This document shows positions 40,653-52,791 of a stretch of DNA of 64,000 nucleotides, piece after piece (positions within the stretch are counted from its first letter, which is position 1; each line of letters starts with the position of its first letter). The notes under the pieces are model-generated. The model saw only the letters and a program-made list of their open reading frames with translations. It ran no database searches and was not told where the DNA came from. This stretch comes from Felis catus (Eukaryota). The DNA lies in contig NC_058383.1 in NCBI RefSeq assembly GCF_018350175.1, forward strand, positions 6,512,001 to 6,576,000, given 5' to 3'. The translations under genes were made by a program, and so were the position numbers.

Positions 40653-40658
40653 AATAAA
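40653..40658 (+). terminator. ARPC1A: ARPC1A polyadenylation signal
   Basis: AATAAA ~345 nt after the stop, followed by a GT/T-rich downstream element (tgtgtttttggttttgtttcgtt). Confidence 0.8.
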
Positions 40659-40769
40659 AATACTGAATGTGTTTTTGGTTTTGTTTCGTTATAACTACTT
40701 TTAGTAGAAAACTATGGACAAATTCTTCATTAAACTATTTAATTTTTAGGGTAAAATCTTTATAACCAG

Positions 40770-41715
40770 GTTTTTTTTTTTTAATTTTTTTTTAATGTTT
40801 ATTTTTGAGAGAGACAGAGATAGAATGTTAGTGGGTTGGGGCAGAGAGAGAGGGAGGCACAGAATCTGAAGCAGGCTCCAGGCTCCGAGCTGTCAGCACA
40901 GAGCCTGACGTGGGGCTTGAACTCACAAACCGTGAGATTATGACCTGAGCCAAAGTCGGATGCCCCTGAGCCACCCAGGCGCCCCTTAGGGTAAAATCTT
41001 AAATTCTAAGTTGCTTTATTTAAATTCTATGAGAGCACAAGCCGGGCAGAGAGAGAGGGAGGAGGGAGGAAGGGAGGGAGAACCTTAAGCAGGCTCACAC
41101 TGAGTGCAGAGCCCGACGCAGGGCTTGACCCAATGACACTAGGGGATCATGACCCAAGTGGAAGTCAAGAGTCAGATGCTCAACCGACTGAGTCACCCAG
41201 GTGCCCCTAACAAAAGGTTTTATAAGGTTTTAAAAATTAGCTAATTGTACAGAAAGGGTTTAACTTTGGGTTTATCCTTTACATTGGGTAGTTTTTCCAT
41301 TGTCTTAGGGTTGCAGAATTACCCACAGGGAGCAATTTTTAGCAATGTCCAGGGAGGCCCAATCAGTTAAGCGTCCAACACCTGATTTCGGCTCAGGTCA
41401 TGATCTCACAGTTTGTGAGATCAAGCCCCATGTCAGGCTCTGCGCTGACAGCATGGAGCCTACTTGGGATTCTCTCTCCCTCTCTCTGCCATGCATGCGT
41501 GCGCACACGCAAGCTCCCTCTCTCTCAAAATAAAAAGGGCTCCTGGGTGGTTCAGTCAGTTAAGTGTCCAGCTCCAGTCATGATCTCATGGTTTGTGAGA
41601 TCGATCCCCGCATTGACCTGTGCACGGACAGTAAGGAGCCTGCTTGGAATTCTTTTTCCTCTTCCCCGCACATGCACATACTCTCTCTCAAATAAATAAA
41701 CTTAAAAAAAAAAAT
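40770..41715. mobile_element. Four CanSINEs downstream of the ARPC1A poly(A) site (- ~40770-40985, - ~41015-41207, + ~41345-41535, + ~41537-41715)
   Basis: SINEC heads and tails recognisable. Confidence 0.85.
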
Positions 41716-43022
41716 GTTTAGCTTTGTGGCTTTTACTGCCAGAAGGAGTGGTCTTGCAGTCTTCCATGAGTCAGATATTTTGACTATGATCTGCTGACTT
41801 TTAGGTTAAGGGTCAACCTAAAACCAAAATGGCGTTACTTTGGTCACCTTGCCTCCCAAGCCTTCCCTCTTGCCTCCCAGTGACTTGAAGACAGCCCTAG
41901 TTTTAGGACACTGGTAACCATGCTTCTCAGAGGACATCATGATACCCTCTTGAGTAATTTTGCCCTTCGGCGACTCCTGGGAACGATACTCCCCTCTAGG
42001 AGGGGATCTCTGCGGCGGAGGTATTTGCTGTGGCCTCCTCTCTGGACCGCTGGTGGCAGGAACCGCTTGTATAAATGTGTTTGCAACAGTGCACAGGCTG
42101 TTGTCCCAGAGGAGAGACAGAAGTAGCCCCTAAACAGGAATTAGCCAAAAGTCTTTTAGTGTAATTAAATCACATGGTTTGGCCAACAGGCCCAGAGGTT
42201 TTTAGAGAAATGTATTCCACGAGAGAAACAACAGCAAGGGAGAAACATTTCTAACTTTGCCTCCAGTAATTTAGCCAGAGTGGGTTTTTTGTTTGTTTGT
42301 TTTATAACTTGGGCCATGTCTTCCCCCAGGGAGGAAGGCCCATCCCAGTGAGGACAGCCAGAAACCCACAGCCCTGCAGTGCTGGGGGCTATATACTATG
42401 CACCCCTCTTCCTCTCACTAGCTCCGAGACTCAGGCCATGCCTGGGGCCACAATTATTACACATCTGGAGAGCCTCTGGGTGACTGTCAAAGCCCTTTGA
42501 TTCAAGCCTTTGGGCTCTGATGGCAGGTTATAGTTCTGCCAGGTTGTGTGACCTTGAGCCATACAGTTAACCTCTCTGAGCCTCAGTCTCCTCACCTGTA
42601 AAATGGCAGTAAAAACAGGAATTGGAAATTCCTGTTAGTAAAGCTGAGGTTTGCTTTTAGGCTTTGCACTGATGCCATAATAGCCCCGCAGACCCTTATT
42701 AACAGTGGGGTAGAATGGGAACCACATATGAAGGCTCTTGCTACGTGAAGAAAAATTTAATAGTTATTTGCAGAGTATTCTGAGAAAATCCGAAGTCTGC
42801 CTCAGAACCCAGGTTAATTGCTTAGGCATGACTCTTCAGTTTGGCCCCGAAGCCATGTGTGCCGCACTCTGGAGGCAATGGTGTGAAGGGCCAGGGTTTC
42901 CCCAGGTGCCTGCAGTGTGGCTGAGGCACGAGCGACCCCACGTGGACTCAAGTCCCGTGTAGATCAGTGTATAAATTATGAGGTTAGGTTGCTTGTTTAT
43001 GCATGTATAATTAGAAACCGGG

Positions 43023-43427
43023 TGCAGTAGGTAGAATAATGCCCCCCCACCAAGATGTCCATGTCCTAATCCCTGGAACTTGTGAACTTTGCAGATATAA
43101 TTAAGAGCTCAAGTCAGGAAGAGGATCCTGGATTATCCAGCTGGGCCTGGTATCCCAGGGATCCTTATGAGAGGGAGGCAGGCAGGTGAGTCAGATGTGG
43201 CCACAGGTTAGAGAGCCGCTGGGCCGCGGAGCCAAGGAACGCCCGCAGCCTCTGGAAGCTGGCAAACCCAGGAAACCAGGTCTCCCCTGGAGCCTCTGGA
43301 AGGAACGCCACGCTGCCTGCTGAGACGGGAGACTCTGACCTCCAGAAACGTAAGAGAACATGTTTGTGTTGTCTTCAGCCGCCCTATTTGTGGCAGGTTG
43401 CTCCTGTGGTGACAGGAAACTAATAGA
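43023..43427 (+). mobile_element. MLT1D-like MaLR solo LTR
   Basis: tgcagtaggtagaataatgcccc...aagatgtccatgtcctaatccctggaacttgtgaa...ggaaactaata is typical of MLT1. Confidence 0.75.
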
Positions 43428-43677
43428 CGAGGTCCGTTCAGAAAAAGGAAGGAAGTATGGTCTAGAGCAGTGTTTCAAATTGAGGGTCAGAGCCCATCAA
43501 TGGCTGTAAAAATCAGTTTAGTGGGTCACGACTGGCATTTGAAAAATTGAACCCAGAGAAAATATTTTGCGTGTGTCACGATACCTAGGTTTCAGATATA
43601 CGTGGGGGCGTGTACTAGGTCACAGTATATATATCACTGTGGGTCGTGATCAAGAAAAATTCGAGGGGCATTTAAGT

Positions 43678-45504
43678 TTGGGTGGCTCAGTCAGTTAAGT
43701 TTCCGAGTCTTGATTTCGGGTTCAGGTCATGATCTCACAGTTTGTGTGTTTGAGCCCCACGTCAGGCTCTGTGCTGTGTGGAACCTGCTAGGGATTCTCT
43801 CTCTCCCCCTCTCTCTGTCCTTCCCCCACTTGCACATGTTCTCTCTCTCTCTCAAAAAATAAACTAAAAAAAAAAGTTTGAAAGGCACCACCGTAATGTC
43901 AGTCCCCTCAGGGTCCCAGGAAGGGTACTGTAGCCACACCTTTGCTGCACTACGGTGAGAATCCTGGACCAGGCACCAGCACGAGCAGTCAATAGGCATT
44001 AACTACTCATAGCAACCCTGTAGGGTTGGAACTGGTATAGCCACATTGTATTTATTTATTTTTAATGTTTACTTGTTTATTTCGAGAGAGTGTGAGTGGG
44101 GGGAGGAGCAGAGAGAGAGAATCCCAAGAATCTCTGCTCAAAGCATGGAGTCCAACGTGGGGCTCAGTGTCACAGCCGTGGGATCATGACCTGAGCCAAA
44201 ATCGAGAGCTGGACGCTTAACCCACTGAGCCACCCAGGTGCCCCTATGGAACATTGAAAGGTGACAAAGCCAGGCCAGAGAGGGTTGTGACGGCCCACAT
44301 TGGAACACCGGCAAGCTGGCTAGAGCCCTGGTGGTAACCGCTAAGCACGCCCCCTGCTGGGCTTGGGCCGGGAGTGCAGATGCCTAGTGACCAAGCTCAG
44401 GGGCGGGGTCAGGTCACTGAAAGTGACAGGAGGGGACCTTTCCAACTTGTACCTTGTGGGGTTTTGTTGGAGTTTCCAGCTGAACTGATACAAAACCACG
44501 TGACTTGGCAGGGGGTGTTCAACAGGTGCTGCCCCCATCGGGGGTCCTGGCACGTGGAATGCTAAGCGTGTTCTGGGCCTCTGCGTGGTGGACATCTGTC
44601 CTCCTAGGCTGAGGAAGAAGACACAAGGGTTTCTCCGGTTCCTCCCCATGGGGATCGGGTGGCAGTCCTTTGATCTCAGGGACAGAGACCCGTGGTCCCC
44701 AATTGGGGGTGGGCACACGCTAAGATTAGGAGCTCAGACTGGGTGCTTCTGGGACAGGTCTTCCTCCCTGGTCTCCCCGCTGCCTGGGCCAGCCCACCAC
44801 TTCCGGAGTCCAGACGCCTGGAGCTTGGCTGCCCTCTTGTGACCAGGAGGCAGCAAGGAGGTGGAACAGAAAGCCGGAAAGAACCTCGATGACCTGGGGA
44901 TGACTGCCTTCCTCCAAGCTGCATTTCTTGGAAACCTGAGAAGGGGGAGCGCAGCGTCTTCACCCCAGGATCCCGGGGGACGGGGCAAGCAGTTTCCAGC
45001 AAGAAACAAGCTCTGTGAGGTGTTCCTAGAACTCCGAGTGAAGCCTTCCGCCCCAGGTCCCCCTCGCTCAGGAGAACCTCACTTAAGGCTTGAAGAACTT
45101 TGATCCCAGAAGGGAGCGGTTTCACATAACCCCTCCCATGGCTTCCCAGTGTGTGGTGTGGTCGGGTCTTCCCACAGTGGCTGCAGGCCTGTGAGGGGGT
45201 TGCAGCACTTATCACGAGTCAGCCTCTTCATAGATTCAGAGACTGAGGCACAGCAAGAAGCACCATTTACCGGAAACTCCATTTTCTAACGCCACTTGTT
45301 GGCGTTAACAACAAGTGAACTTGTTGCAATCATTTACTCCTGCAATTTTGAGACAGCGAACGCACGTGGGAGGGGCAGAGAGGGAGAGAATCCCAAGCAG
45401 GCTCCTCACTGTCAGCGAAGAGCCCGAACTTGTGAGCCGTGAGATCACACCCTGAACAAATCCCCGAGCTGGACGTTTAAACGACTGTGCCACCCAGGCG
45501 CCCC
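43678..45504. mobile_element. Intergenic CanSINEs (+ ~43678-43875, - ~44050-44244, - ~45345-45504)
   Basis: SINEC sequence; the first interrupts a hAT-like fragment starting at ~43468. Confidence 0.75.
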
Positions 45505-46399
45505 GGTTTCTGCTCCCACTAAGTTGACAAGCTCAGTTTACACAGGAGGAGAGAGTCCTCAGGTGTTCACATTTGTCAGGAGGCTTTTAGCAACCGGTAA
45601 CAAAGTCTCGATGGAAACCAGCTTAAATAGTAAAATCGATTCCTTGGCTCACCTGTCCGAAACCTCTGGAAGCAGGTTGGGCTCAAGCTGACCAGTCAGA
45701 GGCTGACCATCTCTCTGGGATTTTCTCCACCTGAGCTCTACCTATGTCGTCATCTTCCCTTGCAGCTGCTCCACTTTCAGGTTCAGGTTCACGCGGCTCA
45801 CCCGGAAGGGTCTTCCTTTCCCTCCTCCATACTCCAAAGCTGCGGGCCTTGCTTTGCCCCTGCCAGTCTTAGGTCATGAGCTCAGGACAGGGGACAGCTG
45901 GAGCCCGACCTGGTTAGAGCACTCAGGCGGGTGATGGAGATGGGGGTCAGCCCCACCTGAGGTCGTTCCCTGGGCATCTAGAAGCCAGGGATGGAACAGA
46001 TGTTGCCTCGGTGCTCTTAAGCTGCTCTTGTCCCCACAAGAAGGGGGTGCCGCTACAGACCATCTGAAACTTTTTATCTGTGCAGACCGAAGCCATCTCT
46101 GGGACTGGCCACAGCCAGACGGGAGGGCTGGTAACAGCCCCTCAGTGTCTCCTCAGAGCGGGGGCTGCGGGTCCTACAAACCTCTGGAGTTAAGTTTGCT
46201 GAGCTCCACGCGCTCACGGCAGGAAGTGCTCCGTGTTTGGATCCATGGAGTCCTCCCAACGGCCCGGCAGAGGGCAGAGTTCGGTGTACAGGAGCTGGGA
46301 GTCCAGTGGAGAGCGGACACCCCTGATGGGGAGCAGGCTGTGGACACAGTGGCCTAAGAGACACGTCCTGCAGGACAAACCGGAGTTGGCCAGGTGGGG

Positions 46400-48100
46400 A
46401 CAGGGCGGGAAAAACGTTCTAGGCGGAAAGAACGGCATGCGTTAAAGCCCCCAGACCTCCGGGGACCCGGAAGACCCCGCACCCCATCTGCCGCCCGCCG
46501 CCTGCCTGGCACTGGGAGAGAGGGCCCCGAGGGAGGGGCCTGACCGACTGCGAGGGCGCAACAAGGTTTTCACCGGGGTCTCCCGCATCTGCGCAGCCAC
46601 CGGGCCACATCTGCACCGATGGGGCAGAGGCTAGGGATGGAAAAAACCCTGGGGACCCCTTGGCCCCAAACCCAAACTCAGGTGGCTGCGAGGCCCCCAG
46701 GTAACTTAGGGGCGAGAGGAGGGCTGCAGCGGACTCCAAGGGCAAGAACTCCGCTGAGGGACCCAGCTGGACCAGCCACGGTCGCTGCGAGAGGCCGACC
46801 CGCACCCCCGCCCGGGGGCGCATTTTGCCGAGAGCGCGGGGAGGGCCTCGCTTCCGACTACACCCGCTTCCGGGCTTGCACTTTTTGCGCCCTGTGGGCA
46901 TCGGCTCACAGAGGAAGGATGGAGAGGACGCTCTCGCGGCGGTGGGGACGTGCGCTCCCCGCCCAGCTCCCGGCTTCCCGCCCAGCTGCCGCTCGGGCTG
47001 TGCGCTTCTCTCCCAGCCTCAGTTTCCCCACGCATAAAGTAGTGAGGGGCGGTCGCGGACGATTTCAGGGCGCCCTGGCTCGGTGCGGCCCCCACCCCGG
47101 ATGGGTGGGCGGGGCCTGGGATCTCTCGGCCGCCACCCTGGTCGCCGCCCCCGTCCCCGCGGGGCTGAGGCCGGGAGGCCCCGCCCCCCGCCCACGAGGA
47201 AGTGGCTGCGGCGCGGCGCGGGGCCCAGAGCCGGTTCGGCGCGTCGACTGCCCAGAGTCCGCGGCCGGGGCGCCCCGAGGTGAGCGGGCTGGGGGCCGTC
47301 GGGAGGGGAGAGGGCGCTCGGAGGAGAGGGGACGGGGAGTTGCACGCGGGTGGGGAGGGTTACGGGGCGACCGCAGGTGTGGGGGCGCGGGGAGGGGGCC
47401 TCTCCAGGTGCGTGGGGTCGCCTGGAGGTGAGGGGACCAGCGGATGGTGTTCTCCTCCGGGTGAGGGAAATGCAGGGCTCCCTGTCCCTGACGCCCTCGG
47501 GGCGGTCCCAGCCCCCCGTTCCCCCTGCCCCCCGTTCCCCCTGCCCCGGCCGCCCCTCCCTGACTCTGCCCCGAGGTCGGTGTCCCCCGTTATTTCGGGC
47601 CGCGAGGGCCCCACGCCCAGTCACTTCCCCTCCATCCTCCAGCCTTCCGGGTTGCTCCGGCCGGGAAATGAGCTGGCGCCCCCGCCCACCTTGTCCCTCC
47701 CTCCCTCCCCGCCCTCCCCCCCCCCCCCCCGGGCCACCTCCCCGGCCCCCAGCCCGCCCCCGGCCCCTGGGGCCGGGGCCGCGATCCGTACCGGGAGGGG
47801 GTCCCGAGTGCGGGACCGAGCGGCCCCTCCTTCGCCGGCGGCGGGGAGGGCAGACAGGCCGTCCAGGGCGGTGACTGTAACACTGTGAAGACTGGCAGGA
47901 AGCCCCGGAGCCCGCCGAGCACGGGGACGGAGCCGGAGGCGCTCCCCGGGTTCTTCCAGGCTGGCCCCAGACTCCCCGCGCGGGGCAGGCAATGCCGCCC
48001 AGTGGTTGAGCGCGCGCATTCCCCGTGAGGCCTCAGGGACCCGGGTGAGGGTGCCAGATTCCTTCCCTGGCCCACGATCTCAGCAAGCCGCCTAACTTCT
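46400..48100. promoter_or_regulatory. ARPC1B: CpG island promoter of ARPC1B
   Basis: Very GC/CpG-rich. Tandem GC boxes (ccccgccccccgccc, ~47179-47193) directly followed by PU.1/ETS-type GAGGAAGTG at 47196-47204. Confidence 0.85.
47200..47279 (+). other. ARPC1B: ARPC1B exon 1 (non-coding 5' UTR; start approximate)
   Basis: Donor GAG|GTGAGC at 47279/47280 just downstream of the GC-box/ETS core; shares a 24-nt element with ARPC1A exon 1. Confidence 0.75.
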
Positions 48101-51100
48101 CTGGGCCGCAACCTTCCCCATCTGTAAAATGGGGGCCGTTCAAGTTGTGAGGCTTACATGGGATAACGTGTAGAAGGCACTTGGCAACGTGCCAGGCCCA
48201 CGCAGGGTGAGGATTCTCTTATTTATTGTTGCCACTGCCAGGATAAGGCCTGCCCACACTTATCAGTGTCCAGATGATGCCAACCTCCGAGATTTGGGGT
48301 CAGAATCCCAAACTGACGTTGAGGAGCTGTGTGGCTTCGAGCAAATCGTGGCTTTTGTCTGAGTCTGTTTCCTCCTGTACGAAATGAAGGTTTAAAAAAA
48401 CAAACATCAAAATAACTTCTCAGGCTTGTTTTAGGAAGTAAAAGAGAATGTACGTCAAAGTCTTGGGTAAATACTGGGCACTTAAAGATGCCAGGAAAGT
48501 TAGTTTACGTGTGTCTTTGTGCGTAATCCACATAGGTCTTTTCAAATAGTTAAATGGTATCCTAACATGTTAGTGTCACAAGTCGTTCCATATTTGTAGT
48601 CTTTGGGTTTTTCCACCCCTTCCACCATTCTAAAGGGGGTTATTATGGACGTGTTTGCTTTAAAAAAAAAAAAAAAAGCCAGTGGCTATTTGCTTAGCAC
48701 CAAAATGAATTTATGGCAGCGAAGTGTGTTATTTTTCAGTTCCTGTTCCTGTTCTTTGTTCCTACAGTTGCTGCCCCTCAGAAAGGTTGAACAACTTAGC
48801 AACAAATGAGCATTTCTCCACAACCCTGCCCACATTGAGTTTTATGTGTTTTTGGATTTTGTTTCTGTTTGGGTTGTTTCATCAAGATTTATGGTGCCTT
48901 TCTATGATTGTTTTCATTTATGCTTCTTGATTTTTGCCTGGTTTGTAAGACTTCAGGAGCAGAGTTGGGGAGGAGAGACAGGCTGGTCTGTTTGGGGTGG
49001 CAAGGGCTGTTCCATACACAACAGGAAGCTGAGTAACTGCTTAGCACGTGTGCAAAATGGCTTGCTCGCGGCTCCCTGGAGCGTCTGAGCTGGGTGGGGA
49101 CTTCCCTGAGTGCCTGTAGGGCCAAGATCCTGCTCCAGACAGCTCCTGCCTGGTTTAGCCTCGAATGCGGCCGAACCATTCTCTGGATTCAGAGAAGCTG
49201 AAGCAGTAAGAAACCTACTGCCAACACCTTGTTCAGCCCCAGGCTTTTCTGATACAGAGGTGAAGGAAGTATAAACTGAGGGTATCCATGGAGAGAGTAA
49301 GGAAGGCAGCGTGGCCCAAGGCTTTACCTGCCTTGCTTTGCTTTGGAGAGGAGCTGAGTTCTTCCCACATCCTCAGAGAGGACCTTCTTGATTTCAGGTT
49401 TCCAAGCTTTCTTGATTGTTGGCCCTAATCAGAAAAAAAAAAAAAAAAAAACCTGAGCACGTACTCCCCGGTAAATACTTATAAATTGCATACACATGTC
49501 ACTGAAATAATGAAGCATATTCATTCCTTATAACCTATCTCCTGAAGAAAAGGATGGGATTCATTCAGTCACATTCAAGAGATATTTATTGAGCACCTAC
49601 TATGTGCCAGGCACTCTAACTGATGCTGGATACATCGGTGAACAAACACATACCCCGCCCCTATGGAGCTTACGTCCCTACCCCAGTGCGTCTCTGGAAC
49701 CCCGTGCAGGGAGACCCATACCCTACTTTGGAGACCCAACTCCCCGCTCCCAGTCCTCACCCCTCTTCCCTGTGCTCTCCCACCCCTAGCCCTGGGGGAT
49801 CTCCAGTCCATTGATACTGTGCATCCACGGTGTGCTGGAAGGACGCAGGGGAAGTGCTTTTGGGAACACTGAGATCCTGGTTTCAGGCTGGCAGAGGGGA
49901 GCCAGCCGGGGGAGACTCAGGGTCTGGCCCACACTCCCCCAGCCTCTGTTTCTGGGTTAATCAGAGCCAGACTCCTGCACACGGACCTCTGGGCTCCTTC
50001 CTCTCTCTGTCCCCAACAGTTAAATGGGCCCATGGTGCTGGCTCACAGGGCTGCAGTGACAAGTGGGTGGGTGTTCCGGAGACCATGGCCCCAGCCTGCC
50101 TTGGTCTCTACCAGGAGCCACTGCTGAAGCACCACCTTGTCCACCCACTTGGGCCAAGTAGCCCTAGTTGCATTTTCCTCAGGGTGGCTGGCTGGGAGTG
50201 GGTGCTCCCCTCCCCCAACCCCTGTGGAGGTTTTCCTGGGAATAATGCAGCCCAAGCTCCCCGCGGCAGGGTGGCCTGGTGTGAAGGCTGCTTCACTGCT
50301 TCTGACCACAGGGAACAATCCAGTGATTCTCCTCTAGGAGGATACAGCCCCCAAGGCCACAGTGGCCAGATACCTACTCCCCCCTCTGGATGGCCACTTC
50401 CTCATTTGAAACGTGGGGGTTGGGAGTCATTGCTGAGGCCCTGCTGGCCTTAGTTGCTTTGCAGAAGTTACGAAAAAGTGATGAAAAGAAGAAAATGCAC
50501 CTTCCCTACCCTCTACCCCCTTTAAGGTGTTGATTCAGTGTATTACGAGTATTTCTGAATGAATTCATGCTAAAGTGTGATTGGCTGATAGATGTGGTCT
50601 GAACCTCCCGCCCCTGCCTGTCCCACTGTGCCTGTAGCCATCTTTATCAGCCCCTTCCTCTCCCACTTGAGAACCTTTGGGTCTCAGGAAACAACGGTCA
50701 GGGCTCCCCAGGTCCTCTTGGCTGCGTTATTCACTAGTTATGGAAGCTGCTGTCTCAGCACACCCAGCCTCTCCACCTTCACAGCCTGGGACTCTGGAGC
50801 ACCTCGCTAGATGGGCTTTCTACAGCCTGGCCCATGTGCCTAGCCACTCTTAGCAAGACCCTGCAAGGGGCGGAGACCCCGGCCACACAGTCTGGGACAG
50901 CTGGAGCTGGGAAGTTGTGTTCTGCTAGTGAGGTGCGGGCTCAAGTCTAGGACCCAGAGACCACCCCCACACCCTCAGAGCTGTAGCCACAGGGCTTCCT
51001 CCTGGGGGCTGAAGAGGTAGGGGGTGGTTTGCCTCAGCTGGAGTTTCGAGGCCACGAGAGCCCAGCTGGGGTGTGGAAGTGGGCCTCTGCCTGATCTCGG

Positions 51101-52164
51101 CCCCAGTGGTGACCGTGGGAAATGGGGGTGGGCAGATGAGCACAGTATAGTGTTCCAGTAGGCCTAGAGCTCCCACTTCTTAGTCTTGTCATCTGTGGTG
51201 TGGACAGCGATGAAGTGCCCCAGCCAAGCTGGATGCCAGAGCTGACCCAGCCCCGAGGCTCCGGAAGTGCCAGGGGAAATCCCCATCGGGCCTGCTGACC
51301 CGAGCTGGGGGCCCCCCCAAAGAGCCACTTCCGGGGCCTTTGCCTTCCACAAAGAGGCTTTATAAGGAGAGGCTGGGGAAGTAGCCATGGTGGGAGCAGT
51401 GTGCTTGTGTGCGTGTGTATGTCTGGACACGCGTGAGCACAGTGTGCTTGTGTGTGTATGTGCGCGTGCGTGTGCGCAGGGCTGAGCACGCATGAGCGTG
51501 TGTGGCTAGAGTGGCTGCAGGTGTGTCCGCTCTCTCCGCAGTGCTGAGGACCTGCCTGGTGCCCCACTCCAGGCATGCCCCTGCCCTGTACATGCCTGTG
51601 TCTGTCTGTGTGATCTGGGCTGCCCCAGAACCTTCCAGAGCTTCCTGCAATAAATGAAAACAGGTGTTGCATCTGGGCTGGGCAAGAGTTGCTGGGGGGT
51701 CAGGAAGCCAGGCCCGGCAGGATGCGTGGTGCCACCTCGGGCCAGCTGGTCACTGAGCCCCGGATTTCTCAGCTGGACGGTGGGCTACATGCAGCTCGTC
51801 CTTCTCCTGTGCCTGAGCCCGAGCTCAGTGCTGTGCCTTCCAGCAGGGCCTCTTGGCCTGCCACCTGGGTAAGCTCCGCCCGAACAGGTGGCCCATCTTG
51901 TGAGGGGCCGGCTAGGCGCCCGCTAGTTTCCTGGGTTTTCAGGGCTCAGGCCCAGAGCTGGGGAGAAGCCTTTCTTCAGCCCAGTCCCTGGGACACAAGA
52001 GCTGCCAGTCTGGTGGGGGAGGCAGCCAAGTTCCTGGTGACACCAGACACCTGTGTGACTGGGCAGGTAGCTTCCGGTTGTTGGACCTCGGCCTCTACAT
52101 CTGTCATCTGGGGCTGTGGCATCTAAGCACAAAAGTCGAGAGCGCCTGGGGTCCGGGAGGGGTA

Positions 52165-52791
52165 TGAAATAGGTGAAGGGGACCAACCGTAAAACTCACC
52201 TTGCTGAGTGCCGAGTGATACACAGAATGGTTGAGTCACTATATTATACGCCTGAAACTAACATTGTGTGTTAATTATACTGGTATTAAAAAAAAAAAAT
52301 ACCTGGACTGTTTAGAGCTGGCAAGTAAGGAGCATTCAGGAAATGTTGGGTGATAGTGTTTAAAAAAAAATTTTTTTTTTACTGTTTATTTATTTTGAGA
52401 GAGAGCGCGTGCAAGCAGGGGAGGGGCAGAGAGAGAATCCCAAGCAGGCTCCATGCTGTCAGTGCAGAGCCTGATGTGGGGCTTGAACCCACGAGCCATG
52501 AGATCATGACCTGAGCTGAAATCCAAGAGCTGGACGCTTAATCAATTGAGCCGGCCAGGCACCCATTTTTTAATTAAAAAAAATTTTTTTAATGTTTATT
52601 TATTTTTGAGAGACAGACTCAGAGCGCGAGTAGGTGAGGGGCAGAGAGAGAGGGAGACACGGAATCTGAAGCAGGCTCCAGGCTCCAAACTGCCAGCACA
52701 GAGCCCAACACAGGGCTCGAACTCATAAACCGTGAGATCATGACCTGAGCCGAAGTCAGATGCTTAACTGACTGAGGCATCCAGGTGCCCC
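52165..52791. mobile_element. L1 3' tail fragment (+ ~52165-52280) and two antisense CanSINEs (~52370-52565, ~52580-52791) in ARPC1B intron 1
   Basis: gagtcactatattatacgcctgaaactaac...poly-A; two SINEC bodies. Confidence 0.8.

Noticed and set aside
47420..48050. Further GTGAGG donors in the ARPC1B CpG island as alternative first exons
   Set aside because: Plausible, but several such hexamers occur in this G-rich DNA and none can be supported without transcript data.
46619..48111. Long ORFs (270, 228, 201, 174, 173 aa) on both strands
   Set aside because: They lie in the ARPC1B CpG island, where stop codons are scarce. The translations are low-complexity Pro/Gly/Arg/Ala with no recognisable domain.
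48588..48597. CCATATTTGT as a CArG box in ARPC1B intron 1
   Set aside because: One mismatch, isolated in AT-rich sequence; expected by chance.
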